From a virus (lineage: Duplodnaviria > Caudoviricetes), in IMG/VR virus record IMGVR_UViG_3300014204_013734, positions 192,001-256,000 of that record: 64,000 nucleotides of DNA. One strand, written 5' to 3'. A program made the position numbers and the translations under genes. Below, one piece after another: positions 26,927 to 39,100 of the stretch (its first letter is position 1; every line of letters begins with the position of its first letter). The notes below the pieces were generated by a model. It had not been told where the DNA came from. It searched no databases and worked only from the letters and a program-made list of their open reading frames with translations.

Positions 26927-27634
26927 GTGGGTGACAAACAGCCAGTATTCAGATCCGCTTTTCAGTCGGCGGATGATGAAAATAACACCAGTCTTGGGAT
27001 CAAACCTGTCATCTTTGATATCCTTGGACCAGACCAGGAAACAAGTTTGTTGCCGGATTACATGAAGATGGTTCTGCATGTGAACCCGTCTACCATGACG
27101 GTTAACTACAGTAAGATCATCGAACGTATTCAGACCAAGGGGGGGTTCGTTGAACAGCATTGGGGTGAAGGTCTTGACACCTTGGACTTCAACATGGCCA
27201 CCGGCGGTTTTATGCGCCTTTTTTCTGGTCTGTCAAATATCACCGGGGGTCCTGGGTCTTTGGATGTCCAGGGAAACCGTAGGGAAACCATTTCTTATGA
27301 CAAGTATTTGGATTTTCTGGCCTTATTCCATAACAACGGGTCTGTGTATGACATTACTGGAAAGATCGTGTTTCAAGGTGTCGTTAAGGTGACTTTTGAT
27401 GGTGGCGTTTACTTTGGTGTTTTCAATGATCTGAACGTTGACGAAACAGCGGAAAAACCTTATCAGTTTACGTTGAGTTCCACGTTTACGATCCAGCGGG
27501 AAATTTTGCGTATTAGAACGGTTCCAAACTGGAACCCGGATGTTGGAAGTTATTGGCAAGAAAACCAGACCCCGGATTGGGTGCCGGATTTGTTTGATCC
27601 TAATCGCTTGAATCAAGGGCAAAGGGTTGAATGA
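26927..27634 (+). CDS. baseplate/tube-initiator protein (gp48/gp54-like)
   Basis: LHVNPSTM..YSK..ERIQTKGGFVEQHWGE...YFGVF..L...ETAEKPYQF; follows TMP. Confidence 0.6.
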   Translation: MGDKQPVFRSAFQSADDENNTSLGIKPVIFDILGPDQETSLLPDYMKMVLHVNPSTMTVNYSKIIERIQTKGGFVEQHWGEGLDTLDFNMATGGFMRLFSGLSNITGGPGSLDVQGNRRETISYDKYLDFLALFHNNGSVYDITGKIVFQGVVKVTFDGGVYFGVFNDLNVDETAEKPYQFTLSSTFTIQREILRIRTVPNWNPDVGSYWQENQTPDWVPDLFDPNRLNQGQRVE

Positions 27635-29004
27635 TGGCAGCCGAACTTCAAACTTTGGACCAGGCGTCCGCACAAAACGCTTCCCAGGAAGGTTCTACTA
27701 GTTACGGGGATGCACGTTCGCGTTTGGTCACTTTGTCCGTGCAGACGCCGCCTGCACCTTCGGCTTTCAAAGGAATACCGACAGGTCCTGAAATAGCCCT
27801 TGAATGGGAAGCGCAGCAAACTGACCAGGTGGAGTTGTCTGATTCACTTCTCCGTAATCTGTCTCCGTTCATTATCCAGATTGAACCGCCGGCCGTGTTC
27901 GCTGATTTGCTGGCCCCTTCCGAACAGGCGTCCGGCGTTCCACAACTTGACCTCTACGGAACCGCAAACGGTGGGTTGGCTACTTACGCCGTTGCCAGAG
28001 AAGCGTTGGTTGCGTCGTCTTTGTACGGTGGATTGATGGGACAAGGGACAGGTAGTGTTGAATCCGTGGAAGAATTTGCTGTTCGTTCCTATGGATCTGA
28101 AACACTTGCTTCTGGGGAGGACATTCCCGTCGGTAGTCCGGTTCAGGAAGATTGGTTGGCGGCTGCCGACACTATCCGACAGATCGTTGCTATATTGGAT
28201 GCTCCTCCACTTGTTTTGTTGATCAACCCTACATCGTTGAGGCTTGCCACTAATAAGGTGCAGCAGTTTCAAGACCGGACGCGTTACGGTTATATTCTGC
28301 ACACTTGGGGCGATGATCAACTGAAGGTTTCCATTACCGCTACGTGTGGGGCTTTTGTGTCTGGGGGGCGGGGTGTTTCGGCTGCCAGCAAACGGGATTC
28401 TTTAGCATGGCAGAACATGATGAATTTGGTTCATTTCTACCGCCACAACGGATATATTTACGATACGATAGGTAAGTCAAACGCAAATCTTCACGTTGGT
28501 GCATTGTCCATCCGGTATGACAATTGGATATACTACGGGAACATGGAAAGCCTGAACTTCACGTTTGACGAAACCAAAAACCTTGGCGGGATTGAATTTA
28601 GCATGGAGTTCACGGCGAATCGGAAATTGGATGTAGATCAACAGTGGTTTAACGTCCTGCCTATGAAGTCTCCGATCCCCAGTTTGTCGGATCCCCGCTA
28701 CCAGGGGGAAAATTCCAGGGGTTCCGGTCAATTGGGTCATTGGCAGTGGGATATTGGGGAAAATCGGGTTGAAAGGTCTTCCGCGTCGGAAAGTGTAGAT
28801 GCCGGGACCGAATCTTCTGGTTTTCTTGCTTCCGCTGGAAACGTAGAAGGCGTTGTTCAACAACCTACGGGTCTTGGAGGGTTGCAGGATACAGGTGTTG
28901 TTGTAGAAGAACGACCGGTGACACAAGTAACCCCTAATTTTTCTGCACCGTTCGGAAACCGTAATGGGGTGATGGTTCCCCCAACTTCGTCTAACGGGGT
29001 GTAA
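27631..29004 (+). CDS. baseplate/tube-initiator paralog
   Basis: LLINPTSL..K...DRTRYGYILHTWGD...YYGNMESLNFTFDE parallels the previous gene. Confidence 0.55.
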   Translation: MMAAELQTLDQASAQNASQEGSTSYGDARSRLVTLSVQTPPAPSAFKGIPTGPEIALEWEAQQTDQVELSDSLLRNLSPFIIQIEPPAVFADLLAPSEQASGVPQLDLYGTANGGLATYAVAREALVASSLYGGLMGQGTGSVESVEEFAVRSYGSETLASGEDIPVGSPVQEDWLAAADTIRQIVAILDAPPLVLLINPTSLRLATNKVQQFQDRTRYGYILHTWGDDQLKVSITATCGAFVSGGRGVSAASKRDSLAWQNMMNLVHFYRHNGYIYDTIGKSNANLHVGALSIRYDNWIYYGNMESLNFTFDETKNLGGIEFSMEFTANRKLDVDQQWFNVLPMKSPIPSLSDPRYQGENSRGSGQLGHWQWDIGENRVERSSASESVDAGTESSGFLASAGNVEGVVQQPTGLGGLQDTGVVVEERPVTQVTPNFSAPFGNRNGVMVPPTSSNGV

Positions 29005-29007
29005 CCA

Positions 29008-32000
29008 ATGCCTTTGGAAAACAGACCTTTCGTAGGGTCTTGGAGGTTAGGACGCCAAGGGGTTGTCCAACACACGCCGGACGCTTTGGTTTACATCAAC
29101 GGGGATTTGTCAGTTCCGGGTTGTCGTACATGTAATGGCAGAATCAACATCCAGGAATTTCTGACAGAAGTTTCTGTAGACCACGGAACTGAACCTGGGT
29201 CGTCGTCCGCCAGTTTTACATTGTCCGTTCCTGTTCACCATAATGAAACCCTGGCCAGGGATGCACAGTTTATTTTCCGTCCTGGTCTTGAAATTCACAT
29301 TTACATGCGAGGATACTTTCCGGTATCGGGAATGTTTTCTGAAAACTCCGCGTACAAAGATGTGTTTCATTATCCATACTATCCTGTGTTTCATGGGGTT
29401 GTGATACAGACGGGTCATAGCTACAGTGCTGGGGTGCAGACGATCAGCATTCAGTGCGCCAGCATGTTGCATTTTTGGCAGTTCCAGCAGGTGTCCACGA
29501 ATGCCAGCATCTTTGGTCCTCGGGCACGGAATTCGCATCTGCAATCTTCTTTGGTTGGACACAACTATTCGGGCAAGCATCCATATGAAATCATATGGCA
29601 TTTGCACAACGATTTTGTCAGTGCGGCAGCAGGCGTTGGGTTTGCCTTGTCGCAACGGACCAACCAGACGGCCAGTTTCGGGTCGGAATCGCTCATGTCA
29701 ATCACGGCCCGGTATTGGGAGGAACGATTCAAGACGCGATTCATCAAGCTCAGGATGCACGGGGCGACAGGGAATCTGTTCAGTGCGGCGCAGGCAGCTT
29801 ATGTTGGTCGTGCTTCCAGTTCCGAATTGCTTCGGGAATTCAAGAATCGGTTCAACATCAACACAGGACCCAGTGCTACTGGGAATCCTTTTTCTACTGC
29901 CAAGGCGGTAGACGGCACGACCATTCCGACTCGTTTGGATTCAATCAAGGTATACAATCCTGGCCCGGAAGACGGTTTTGATTTGAATCTTGTGGAAATG
30001 AAGGCGTTCGTTTCCGACTTGTCCCAGTGGGGTCAGCCCAACCTGTTTGAATCCACCTATGAATCCAAGTTGGATATTGCCAACAAGATATGTGAAGTTA
30101 CCGGGTTTGAGTTCTATCAAGATGTGGACGGTGATTTTGTTTTCAAACCTCCAATGTACAATCTTGACACGTCCGGGTCTCGGGTTTACAGGATTGAAGA
30201 TATTGACATCATCAACATCAATTTTGACGAAAAAGAACCGCAGGCTACCTACATTACGGCCAAAGGGTCGCAGATGAAGAACTTGGCCGGGACCGGGTTG
30301 GATAACGAATGGGGTGTTCAAGGGCAATATATTGATTGGCGATTGGTAGCACAATATGGATGGCGGCCCCATGACTTTGAAACAGCTTACTTCAACAATC
30401 GGTCAGCTATGTTCTTTGCCGCCATGAATCGGCTGGATCTTTTGAATGCTCCTTGTAAGTCGGCAACGGTGACAATTCCAATCAGACCGGAAATCCGGCC
30501 TGGTTATCCTGTTTACATACCTTCTTTGGATTGCTTTTTTTACTGCAATAGTTTTAGCCATAGCCATTCGGTTGGTGGACAATGTACGACAAACCTTCAG
30601 CTTATTGCGAAGAGGGCGAAATTCTTTGCCCCTAAAGACCCGACGAAGACGGGCATAGAAGCGGTTGACTTGTCAGACCTTACACTTCCTCCTGGACCTT
30701 TGCAAATTCAGGATGATGATGGGCGTCCGGCTTTGGCGGGTTTCCCAAACGTAGTCATGTCTCTTGATCCTTTCAGGATTGATCCTCGTATGTTGATGCT
30801 TGGCGGGGACATTTACACTTTGGATAAGGATACCTTGGGAGGAATTATCAAGATTGCTCTGGATAAAAACATCATTGCGCACCTTCCCGGCATGAAAGGG
30901 GGCCCGTATTACCTTTGGACGACGGGCAAGGAAGGTGTTGGGGACGTGATCCTGCATTTTGCGTCTGATTTTGATCCGGCATCCTCGGGAAGTGGGGATG
31001 CTGATTTGGAAGACAGACCGGTCATTCCGTTGGAAGAAGGTCTGAACGCTTTGGTAACGCAGCAAAAGAACCTGGAACAGAAAAAGAAGGATATCCAGGA
31101 GAAGCGGGACAAACTTGTCAAGAAGGAATTGATGCCCGCACAGAAGAAATTGGATGACATCGGGGATCCTGGGTCCCAGGCGTACAAGGATCAGTATGCC
31201 AAGGTTCAGGATATCCAAGACCAGATCAACAGGTGTGATAGTGATGCGGCAAATCTCCAGTCCGATTTTGAAAGGGAAATGGAAATAGGGGACGGTACGG
31301 TTACGTCAGTCAAGACGTTGTGGTTGCTTATTCATACAATCATTGAAAAATCATTTGGGGGTCGTATTGACTTAGCCTCTACAACTTTTCTCTTGAGTAT
31401 GTTAGCTGATAAGAAGGCCGTTATCAGTACGGCAAGTATGCCTGGAAGTTATCGTTACTATTCTGCGTCACATCCGAAACCGGAACATCAGGGACTTCGA
31501 CTCGCCACTGTTGATACCAGGGCTGGAAATGCGAAAGTATCCCTCGGGTCCTCCGGGTTGGATAGCCCGGCTACAGTTAAGGGTTTCACCAACGCCGCAT
31601 CACAAATGCAGCCTGGGGGATGGGTTCCTGAGGCTCAGTTTGCTGACATTACCGTGGTGAACGGGATCAAGGTCCGTAATGGGGATCCTTCAAAACCGGA
31701 TGGGGTCGTTTTGCCGACGTCCGAAATCAGGGAATTGATGTTCACTCCCATCCGTCTTGAATTAGACAGTCAACGAATCACGACCATGACGGAAAAAGAT
31801 GTAGGAACGGCATCGGAATCCATTCGGCAGGCTTTGATTGCGTCAGCACGGTTGACAGCGTCAACCAATGGCAAGGACGGAGTGACTATCGCTGAGGTTT
31901 TTGATCCTTGGGTTCAGACTGTTGATGGTTGGTTTCAGACTGCTTTCGTGGCGTCCCAGGGCATATCCGGCAACATCCCAGAATTTGGGACCATTGAACC

Positions 32001-33096
32001 CATCATGTCGTGTGAAATTAAGGGGGTGAACGTTTCGTCGGAAAGTGATCCTCGGTCGACAGGAATTTATGGAATTTCCCAGATGTCAGAAGGGGAATTA
32101 TGGGATTTGGTTGGAAACCAGTACGCTGCTAGGTTGTGGGATCGGCAGATAGCCCCGAAAGGGTCCGATTGGCCAATAGCGTTGGCCGGGGTCGGGGGTT
32201 TGGATGAAAACGGACGCAAGAACATTCTGACTACGTTTTATAACAGTCTCCTTGGATCATTGGGGATTGACACGATTCCCGTTTTCCGCAAACGGGAATC
32301 TGTGAAAGTAAAAGCGAAGACGAAAGGCAGCAAAGGGGTACAACAGCCGACTGCTTACGCTCCGGTATTTCCGGTGTCAGACCTGCTCGGGTATGAAGTA
32401 GTGGGGTCGTTTCGCTACGGTCGGGATGTGGACATTGACGTTGGAGGTGTTTGGTCAGACCTGATCAATCGGGATCCATTGGAAGCACTTGATAGCCGAA
32501 CGGTTGACGACATTGTTAACAATGCGTATTTAAAAAGGAAGGGTTTGGCAGGGGAAAGGACCCGGCAATTGCTGCTTAACATTATCAAGCAATATCCTGG
32601 AGCTACCTTCAGAGGAGAAGGTGCGACTGTCCTTGACGCTAAGGCCATTGAAACGACTAAAGATGCAAACCAACTTACGTGGGGTTTGAAAAACTGGTAT
32701 CTTGATCGCAAAAGCGACAGTGTGACGAAAATCCAACTTGTAAATGCTGCTTACACGTTGGCTGATCTTGCCCCCTTTGGGCGGTCAACAGCTCCGTGTG
32801 CTTGTAGGGCAGCGGAAGCAAATATTGTTTTGGAAGATGCACAGAATGCTAATTTCATTCCTGTCGTTGAAGGTTTGACAGTGGCGCCGGATGCTGATGC
32901 AATAACCCAGTACGTTGCCAAAGCTACTGCCGCAGCGGGCATGGAATGGACGGTTCGTCAAGATGCTTTGCGTGGGACTGCTTTGGACAGGTCGTCTAGC
33001 GGAACCGTTGCTTTTTTCCAGAATCTTGATGAATTGTATGCGGAAGCCAATCGTCAGGTTAGCGTGTCCGTTAACCTGCTGGAAGAAGAGGTGTAA
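29008..33096 (+). CDS. baseplate hub protein (gp27/gpD-like) with long C-terminal extension
   Basis: SASFTLSVP, FEFYQDVDGDFVFKPP, TIPIRPEIRPGYPVY...YCNSFSHS typical of hub proteins. Confidence 0.65.
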   Translation: MPLENRPFVGSWRLGRQGVVQHTPDALVYINGDLSVPGCRTCNGRINIQEFLTEVSVDHGTEPGSSSASFTLSVPVHHNETLARDAQFIFRPGLEIHIYMRGYFPVSGMFSENSAYKDVFHYPYYPVFHGVVIQTGHSYSAGVQTISIQCASMLHFWQFQQVSTNASIFGPRARNSHLQSSLVGHNYSGKHPYEIIWHLHNDFVSAAAGVGFALSQRTNQTASFGSESLMSITARYWEERFKTRFIKLRMHGATGNLFSAAQAAYVGRASSSELLREFKNRFNINTGPSATGNPFSTAKAVDGTTIPTRLDSIKVYNPGPEDGFDLNLVEMKAFVSDLSQWGQPNLFESTYESKLDIANKICEVTGFEFYQDVDGDFVFKPPMYNLDTSGSRVYRIEDIDIININFDEKEPQATYITAKGSQMKNLAGTGLDNEWGVQGQYIDWRLVAQYGWRPHDFETAYFNNRSAMFFAAMNRLDLLNAPCKSATVTIPIRPEIRPGYPVYIPSLDCFFYCNSFSHSHSVGGQCTTNLQLIAKRAKFFAPKDPTKTGIEAVDLSDLTLPPGPLQIQDDDGRPALAGFPNVVMSLDPFRIDPRMLMLGGDIYTLDKDTLGGIIKIALDKNIIAHLPGMKGGPYYLWTTGKEGVGDVILHFASDFDPASSGSGDADLEDRPVIPLEEGLNALVTQQKNLEQKKKDIQEKRDKLVKKELMPAQKKLDDIGDPGSQAYKDQYAKVQDIQDQINRCDSDAANLQSDFEREMEIGDGTVTSVKTLWLLIHTIIEKSFGGRIDLASTTFLLSMLADKKAVISTASMPGSYRYYSASHPKPEHQGLRLATVDTRAGNAKVSLGSSGLDSPATVKGFTNAASQMQPGGWVPEAQFADITVVNGIKVRNGDPSKPDGVVLPTSEIRELMFTPIRLELDSQRITTMTEKDVGTASESIRQALIASARLTASTNGKDGVTIAEVFDPWVQTVDGWFQTAFVASQGISGNIPEFGTIEPIMSCEIKGVNVSSESDPRSTGIYGISQMSEGELWDLVGNQYAARLWDRQIAPKGSDWPIALAGVGGLDENGRKNILTTFYNSLLGSLGIDTIPVFRKRESVKVKAKTKGSKGVQQPTAYAPVFPVSDLLGYEVVGSFRYGRDVDIDVGGVWSDLINRDPLEALDSRTVDDIVNNAYLKRKGLAGERTRQLLLNIIKQYPGATFRGEGATVLDAKAIETTKDANQLTWGLKNWYLDRKSDSVTKIQLVNAAYTLADLAPFGRSTAPCACRAAEANIVLEDAQNANFIPVVEGLTVAPDADAITQYVAKATAAAGMEWTVRQDALRGTALDRSSSGTVAFFQNLDELYAEANRQVSVSVNLLEEEV

Positions 33097-33099
33097 CCT

Positions 33100-35556
33100 A
33101 TGGCCAAGGTCCCTGAAGGTATTCGGTTCCGGCAACCCGTCGGGGGTTATACGGGAATCCCGAGATCTGCTATTACGGGATCCCCTAAAGGAATGAGGAC
33201 CAAGGTTGAAAAAGGTGATCCTGACCGTAACTGGGGTTTGGGCGTAGCTACGGTTACGAACGTTGACTACGAAGAATTTTACGTCACCCTCAAAACAGTC
33301 ATAGGAACGTCACAGGAATTTGACCGGGTTCCTGTCCCTATGACTTTCCCAGGGGCCGGAGCTCGGCATTTTTTCGGGTCAATGCCGGAAATCGGTGACC
33401 GTTGTGTTGTTGGTTGGATGCCTCAGGAAAGTTCCGCATCCAATACGACCCGCACGCCAGTCATTCTGGCGTGGGTCATTCCTGGTGTTTGGCCAGGACG
33501 TGACTGGGTGACGACTGCTGAATTTGATCCTGAAGAATACGATATGGACAGCCCACAGGACGCTGAACTCATGCGGGGGGTCTACCAGCGCGTCCGGCAT
33601 AAGCTCAGGCACATGCAACCGGGGAACATCGTCGCATCTTCTTCACAGGGTTCTGATCTTGTTTTGGATGAAGGTGTTACGCTTTCCAATCGGCGGGGCA
33701 ACGAAATTCGGTTGCGGGATCAGGATCAGGCTATTGTTGTCCGATCTCTTCAGCAGTTTCATGCCATGGCGGGTGCTCGTGTCTACGCCGGAATGGTCCA
33801 GCGTGATGCCCGCCGGTTGCCGGCCATGGTTGTGTCCGACGGCAAGGAATGGGATGCCCTTGTTCAGGCTAATGACGGGGCGCCGATTCCCGACACGTTG
33901 CTTGGTCCAGACAGTACCGCGCCTGACGGATTCTACACCCCGGCCAAAATGTTCCAGAAGCGCAGGACTTCATCTGACGAAGGGTGGATTGCCCCCGGAT
34001 CGCCGTTTGACTTGGATTCCTGGGTTGACCCTTACATGTTCCTCCAGCTCGGGGGCATCTTGGACGGGGCGGGTTTTGTAGTGGATGGTCAGCAGGCTGT
34101 CAGTGACGCTGTTTACGGCGGCAAACCTATCTTTCGAGTAGCCCAACAAGACCCCAGAAATGCAACCAATTTCCCTGATGTTCCGACCCTGACGGAAATC
34201 CGGTTTGAATTGGCCCACACGTCAGACGGGAGATTGCCTGTCACTGAACAGACGGACTTGTTTGATGCTGAACGGCTGCCGGACACCCAGGCCGGGATTG
34301 AAGGGTCCTCTTCCACAAACCAACCGTTTGTGGAATGGGTTTTAGGGTCCGTAGTGGGAAACGACCCGTATTCAGTGCAGGGGCGACAAAAGTACGGGCT
34401 CCCTATTGTCCCAGTAGTCTTTGAACCGGGATCTGATACGCCTGCACCGCGACTGGAAGCAGCGAAAATCACGTCATCCGCCGATGGTCTGACTCCGACC
34501 CCGTTGACTGACCATGCTGCCCTATTGTTCCATCTTGTTCCGCCGACGGCGGAAGGCGGTACGGAAACGTTCTGGGCGGTCAACAAATCGGGCCAACTTC
34601 GGGCTTACATTGGTGGAGATACAAAGCAGGATTCAGCAGAGATTTTCTTGCAGGGGGGCTTGAAGTTCGGTGTCGGGGGTGCTTGTCGTTTTCTGACGTC
34701 AGGGTCCTTGGAATTCGGGTCTCTCAGCAAAGGAAGCCTGCATCTGAACGCTGAAGAAGGTGCTGTCACCATTTACGGTGGTGGACCGGTCAAGACGAAC
34801 GAAACTATGGCGGAACGGATTTCCGGGTCCAGTGGGGGTGAAGCGGATGTCCCCGCTGTTGACATAGGGGCAAAGACGAATCTTCGTCTTTCCGCTGAAC
34901 GTAAGATCGTCATGAAAGGCGGTGCCGTCAACATTAACGCTTCGGCTATTGATATCGTTGGTAACGACACGGTTTTCATCAACGGGACCAAGTCGGTAGA
35001 ACTGTCGTCCGAAAATTTCAAAACTTCCGTGTCCGGGCAGATGTCGCAATCGTTTTCCGGACCGAAATATCTGCTGCCGACGAACTTCCCGCTTCATGAA
35101 CGTTCTTACGTGAGTCCATACCCTGGATTCGCTGGGGAGAAGGTTTCCTATGTTATGTGCGACAGGGAAGAAACCTTCAAGATACTGGGCAATCACACAA
35201 CAACAATCCAGATCGGGAACATGATTTACCAGACGATCTTGGGCACCTGGAAGGCACAGGCGGCAGCCAATTATATGGAATTGACTCCCGGTTCGGCTTC
35301 CGTGCAGGCAACTGCCGGTCCTATCACATTGACGGCGGCCGCCGGAGCTATTACCGCCACGGCATCAGCCGCTGTAGTTTTGACGGCTACGGGAGGACCC
35401 GCTGTTTTGGGGGGTTTGGCAGGAGTGTTCCTTCGGGCGCCGATCACGGGTCCTGATGTCGGTCCGATCTTATGTGCCGGGTCCTTGGAACCTTTCACGA
35501 ATCTTCCCTTTGCTACTTGGGGTCTGGGCGCTAAATTGCACAATGTGACGGTTTAG
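33100..35556 (+). CDS. baseplate central spike (gp5/gpV/VgrG-like)
   Basis: N-terminal OB-fold-like (ATVTNVDYE...MPEIGDRCVVGW), C-terminal beta-strand repeats (INASAIDIVG, ITLTAAAGAITATAS). Confidence 0.65.
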   Translation: MAKVPEGIRFRQPVGGYTGIPRSAITGSPKGMRTKVEKGDPDRNWGLGVATVTNVDYEEFYVTLKTVIGTSQEFDRVPVPMTFPGAGARHFFGSMPEIGDRCVVGWMPQESSASNTTRTPVILAWVIPGVWPGRDWVTTAEFDPEEYDMDSPQDAELMRGVYQRVRHKLRHMQPGNIVASSSQGSDLVLDEGVTLSNRRGNEIRLRDQDQAIVVRSLQQFHAMAGARVYAGMVQRDARRLPAMVVSDGKEWDALVQANDGAPIPDTLLGPDSTAPDGFYTPAKMFQKRRTSSDEGWIAPGSPFDLDSWVDPYMFLQLGGILDGAGFVVDGQQAVSDAVYGGKPIFRVAQQDPRNATNFPDVPTLTEIRFELAHTSDGRLPVTEQTDLFDAERLPDTQAGIEGSSSTNQPFVEWVLGSVVGNDPYSVQGRQKYGLPIVPVVFEPGSDTPAPRLEAAKITSSADGLTPTPLTDHAALLFHLVPPTAEGGTETFWAVNKSGQLRAYIGGDTKQDSAEIFLQGGLKFGVGGACRFLTSGSLEFGSLSKGSLHLNAEEGAVTIYGGGPVKTNETMAERISGSSGGEADVPAVDIGAKTNLRLSAERKIVMKGGAVNINASAIDIVGNDTVFINGTKSVELSSENFKTSVSGQMSQSFSGPKYLLPTNFPLHERSYVSPYPGFAGEKVSYVMCDREETFKILGNHTTTIQIGNMIYQTILGTWKAQAAANYMELTPGSASVQATAGPITLTAAAGAITATASAAVVLTATGGPAVLGGLAGVFLRAPITGPDVGPILCAGSLEPFTNLPFATWGLGAKLHNVTV

Positions 35557-35558
35557 CT

Positions 35559-36161
35559 ATGTCCTTGAATCCTGGAATCATCTACGGAGCGTATACTACT
35601 TGCAAGGCGGCGGGCGGACTGGCTTTCAACGGGGCAGCTTTTGATTCAATGGCTCGTGGTGTTGCTAACGGGGTTTGCCAATGGGGAATCAACCAACCTG
35701 CGAATTTAGCTTTGGTTGGTATTGCTTCAGGTACTGTTGGTGTAGGCGTCATCAACCAGGCTACGACGAAACTGGTTGTCCCTCCGAACATCCAGGCTGT
35801 GTCCAGTGCCCTGACAGGCGCCGGGATGGTTGGTCCTTTAAGTACGAGCCTAGCCATCGTCACGGCTCTGGCAATTTCCCAGGCATTTTCGTCATCGGGA
35901 CAGTATCATGGAGTAGTAGCTGGTGTCGGGGTTGGGACGGATGTGTCTAAAATCATTGTAGTGAATGCTACAACCTTGATAGCGGCATTGATGTTGAATC
36001 TAGCAGCGACCGGGGGTTCCGGTCCGGCCTTGACAATGATGGCCATTGGTTTAGGTAACGGCATTGCCGCTGAATTGGCTTTGGGGGCGGGGGCGGGGGC
36101 CGTGACAGGTATTCCACTTCCGGGTCCAGGGACGGGACCTTCTACGTCCGTGGTAGTCTGA
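35559..36161 (+). CDS. Gly/Ala-rich hydrophobic virion protein (possible spike-tip associated)
   Basis: 200 aa, directly after spike gene. Confidence 0.5.
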   Translation: MSLNPGIIYGAYTTCKAAGGLAFNGAAFDSMARGVANGVCQWGINQPANLALVGIASGTVGVGVINQATTKLVVPPNIQAVSSALTGAGMVGPLSTSLAIVTALAISQAFSSSGQYHGVVAGVGVGTDVSKIIVVNATTLIAALMLNLAATGGSGPALTMMAIGLGNGIAAELALGAGAGAVTGIPLPGPGTGPSTSVVV

Positions 36162-36177
36162 CAGAAAAGAGTGCTCT

Positions 36178-39100
36178 ATGTTCAGATTTACAGGTCAAGT
36201 TCTTGAAGGTGTGAGGGTTTCGCCCGCCAACCAACCGACAACTGAAGAACCCAGTGACGGTGTGGTTCGCGATGTGCGTGAAGTTCCAGGCACCTATATC
36301 ACGAAACCGGGGGCACCTTCTTTCATTGATGCCCGTGCAGATCAATGGCGGGCGGCAGTCATTGACGCTCCGGGAACGACCCCCCAGGAATGGTTGGTTT
36401 GGGCTGAAAACACTTCCCAATTGGCCTTGGTTGATGATCCCGATTGGTGGACTTCTCAGGGTTTGGGGACGATTCCAGAAAACGGTGTCTTGGATGTACC
36501 GGATGTCAAAACCTTTGAGATTCATACCGATGGGAGCAGCAAATTTCTTGTTACGGATGACGGAAACCGAAGCATAGGGACTGTTCTTCTGTTTGTTGCT
36601 GCCCGGGGTGATGTTGATTATGATGACAACGGTTGGGAAGACCCCAACAACCCTTCTGCTGGGCGTAAAGGGGATAACCCTTATCCGTGGTGGTTTGTAG
36701 ATACGACAGATCAGAATCCCGTTTCAGGGGTAGTTACGCTTTCAGCGGCGCAACTGGTTGTTTTGGGGGGTGGTTTATCTCCGTCTCGCGGGGATTCTCT
36801 TGTTGAAGTTCGGTATACAATTGCTCCGTCCCGATTCTGGTGGACAAAAAACGACCGATACGAAACCCGATTCGGATGGAATGGCAAGACGCAACGTTGG
36901 GAACCTTGGAAAGGTTCCCCCGTCAAGAATCTTGGCCTTCTGCTTCTTGATCAAACAACATTCCACATGGATCCAAAAGTTCGGAATCTTCCTGTTGGAT
37001 CTTTCCTTCCTGGGGACTTGGTTGTTCCTGACAGTTGGTCCATGATCCGACTTGGGTCTGATCCCGGTGTAACAAGCATTCCTGTTGCACCTGATTCCAG
37101 CGGAGCTTCCGATTTTTCAGGGGTTTTGGTTCAGCCTGATTCCGAAATTGCTGACTTTGATTTTGGACTTGTTCCTGATGTGGCGGGGGTTATGGGTCAG
37201 TCTGGTGGGGAATTATCCTTTAATCCGGCATTTGTTCGCAAGCATGCCGGAAAGACGGTTTGGTATTCTTATCGGGGATTTTCTGAATCTGAAACGGGTG
37301 TAGTTGGCAAACTGCTGGATGCAAAAACCACTTCCTTGTTCCTTGCTCCTCTGCCTGGACCTACCGATTTCCCGATAATTCGTTTTGGAAATCGGACGCC
37401 TGTGGCAGTTCAGTTGTTTCTGACTGATGCTGACATGAACTTGGCCGTTAGTCCGTCGGCAGGGGTTGTTTACGTATCTTTGGCAACGGGGCGTTTGGTG
37501 ATTAGTCAAGCGGACCTTGCCAAGTCTGATCCTGATAACGTGACGGCATTTGATAAACAATGGTACGGGGCTGATGTGATTTATGATGGGGTAGCCCTGA
37601 ATCAGATCCCTCAACCGTCATCATATCCTGTTCCTTTGGTAGACATTTTCGGGAATCCTCAGCTTTGCGGACCGGATGTTGATTTCTATATCCCTGACGC
37701 TTCTATGCTGCCTGGTTTGGGGTTGTCTGGCATTCTTCAAGTGTCTGACCGGACCGGATCGGTTCCGATGGCGGGTGTTGTCGGTACGCGTCCTGGAGGT
37801 GATAATCCTGGTGATGCCAATACAGGATTGATCAGGAGTCTTTCTGACGGTGTGGGGGACACCATTCTGTTTTCCAAGACGCATGCGTTGACGAATATCA
37901 GGACTGTTACTTTACCTGCGGATCTTCCCGATCCTGGTAAAGTACGAACGGGTTGGGCTACGGTTTGTTTGAAGAATGCTAGTCTTCCGGGATTGCCGGG
38001 GTTGTCTCAGGTAATTCTTTCCAAAACGGACATCCAGGCGTTTGCGGATGATTACGTCTATTTCCTTCAGTCTTCATTCACTCCCGCTGTTTACACAACA
38101 ACCGCCAGGATATATTCCAGGAATAGAGACATCTTTCGTTTTGATGGTACGGAAGTTTTCCACTTCGCTTTCACGACCCCTTTGATTTGGAATTCCGCTT
38201 CCTTAATTTCAGCATTTCCGGAAAAGGACTTCTTCACTGCCGAAGAAGTTGCTGCGTCAATTGATGCAATTATCCCTCCTGGTGATGGCCGTTCGTGGGC
38301 CTTGAATGGCAGAATAATTCTGGAAGCGGATGATCCTGACACGGGGACCGTGGAAATTGGATGGGGAGTTGGCGGGGTGATGGATTTGTCCGGAGCTGCC
38401 GCTTTGGGATTTCTGCCCGGATGGAAAGCTTCGGGGGGTGTGGCGAACCGGCTTCCGGATTCCGGCGCCGCTGTTGGTCTATTTCGCAGCCCCCTCAATC
38501 TGGATCGTCGGTTGGCGATTCCCGACTTTGCCCACGTGGAACGATTGCGTGGGGCTATTGTCTATGACAGCATTCCGCCCAACCCTTTCACATTTTTGAC
38601 TAACCCCCCATTGGAAGATGTGGCCGGATATGATGAAGGTGTGTTCTTCAATCTTGTCAATACGGTTCAGGATGGCGACAATATCAGAATTGTCAGCAAA
38701 TATCTTGAAAACTGGTCCGATGTTGTCTACAGGTTTGGGCAAGGAAAATTTGACTGGGTTACTTGGGATGCAATTACCGAACCTGTCAACAGGGCCATAA
38801 CGACAATCAACCTCGGGCATTCAGGGGTTGTTCAGGAATCCATGCGTTTGGCTCCTGGTATTCCTGGTTACCTGTCAGCGAACGTGGACGGGGAAGGGGA
38901 TGTCTGGCAGGATCCCGACAACGATTACATAATGCCGCAGGGCGGTATTACTGGGACGGCCACATTCATCAGGCGTTTCGGAAAGCGGGTCCTTTCTGGG
39001 GCCCAGGGATCATTCAGTGCCGGGGCAGGTACTTTTTCAGATCCTTCGGTCAATTTTACTGATCCTCGTTGGGGAATACAGCCGGGTTTCCGTCTGAAAA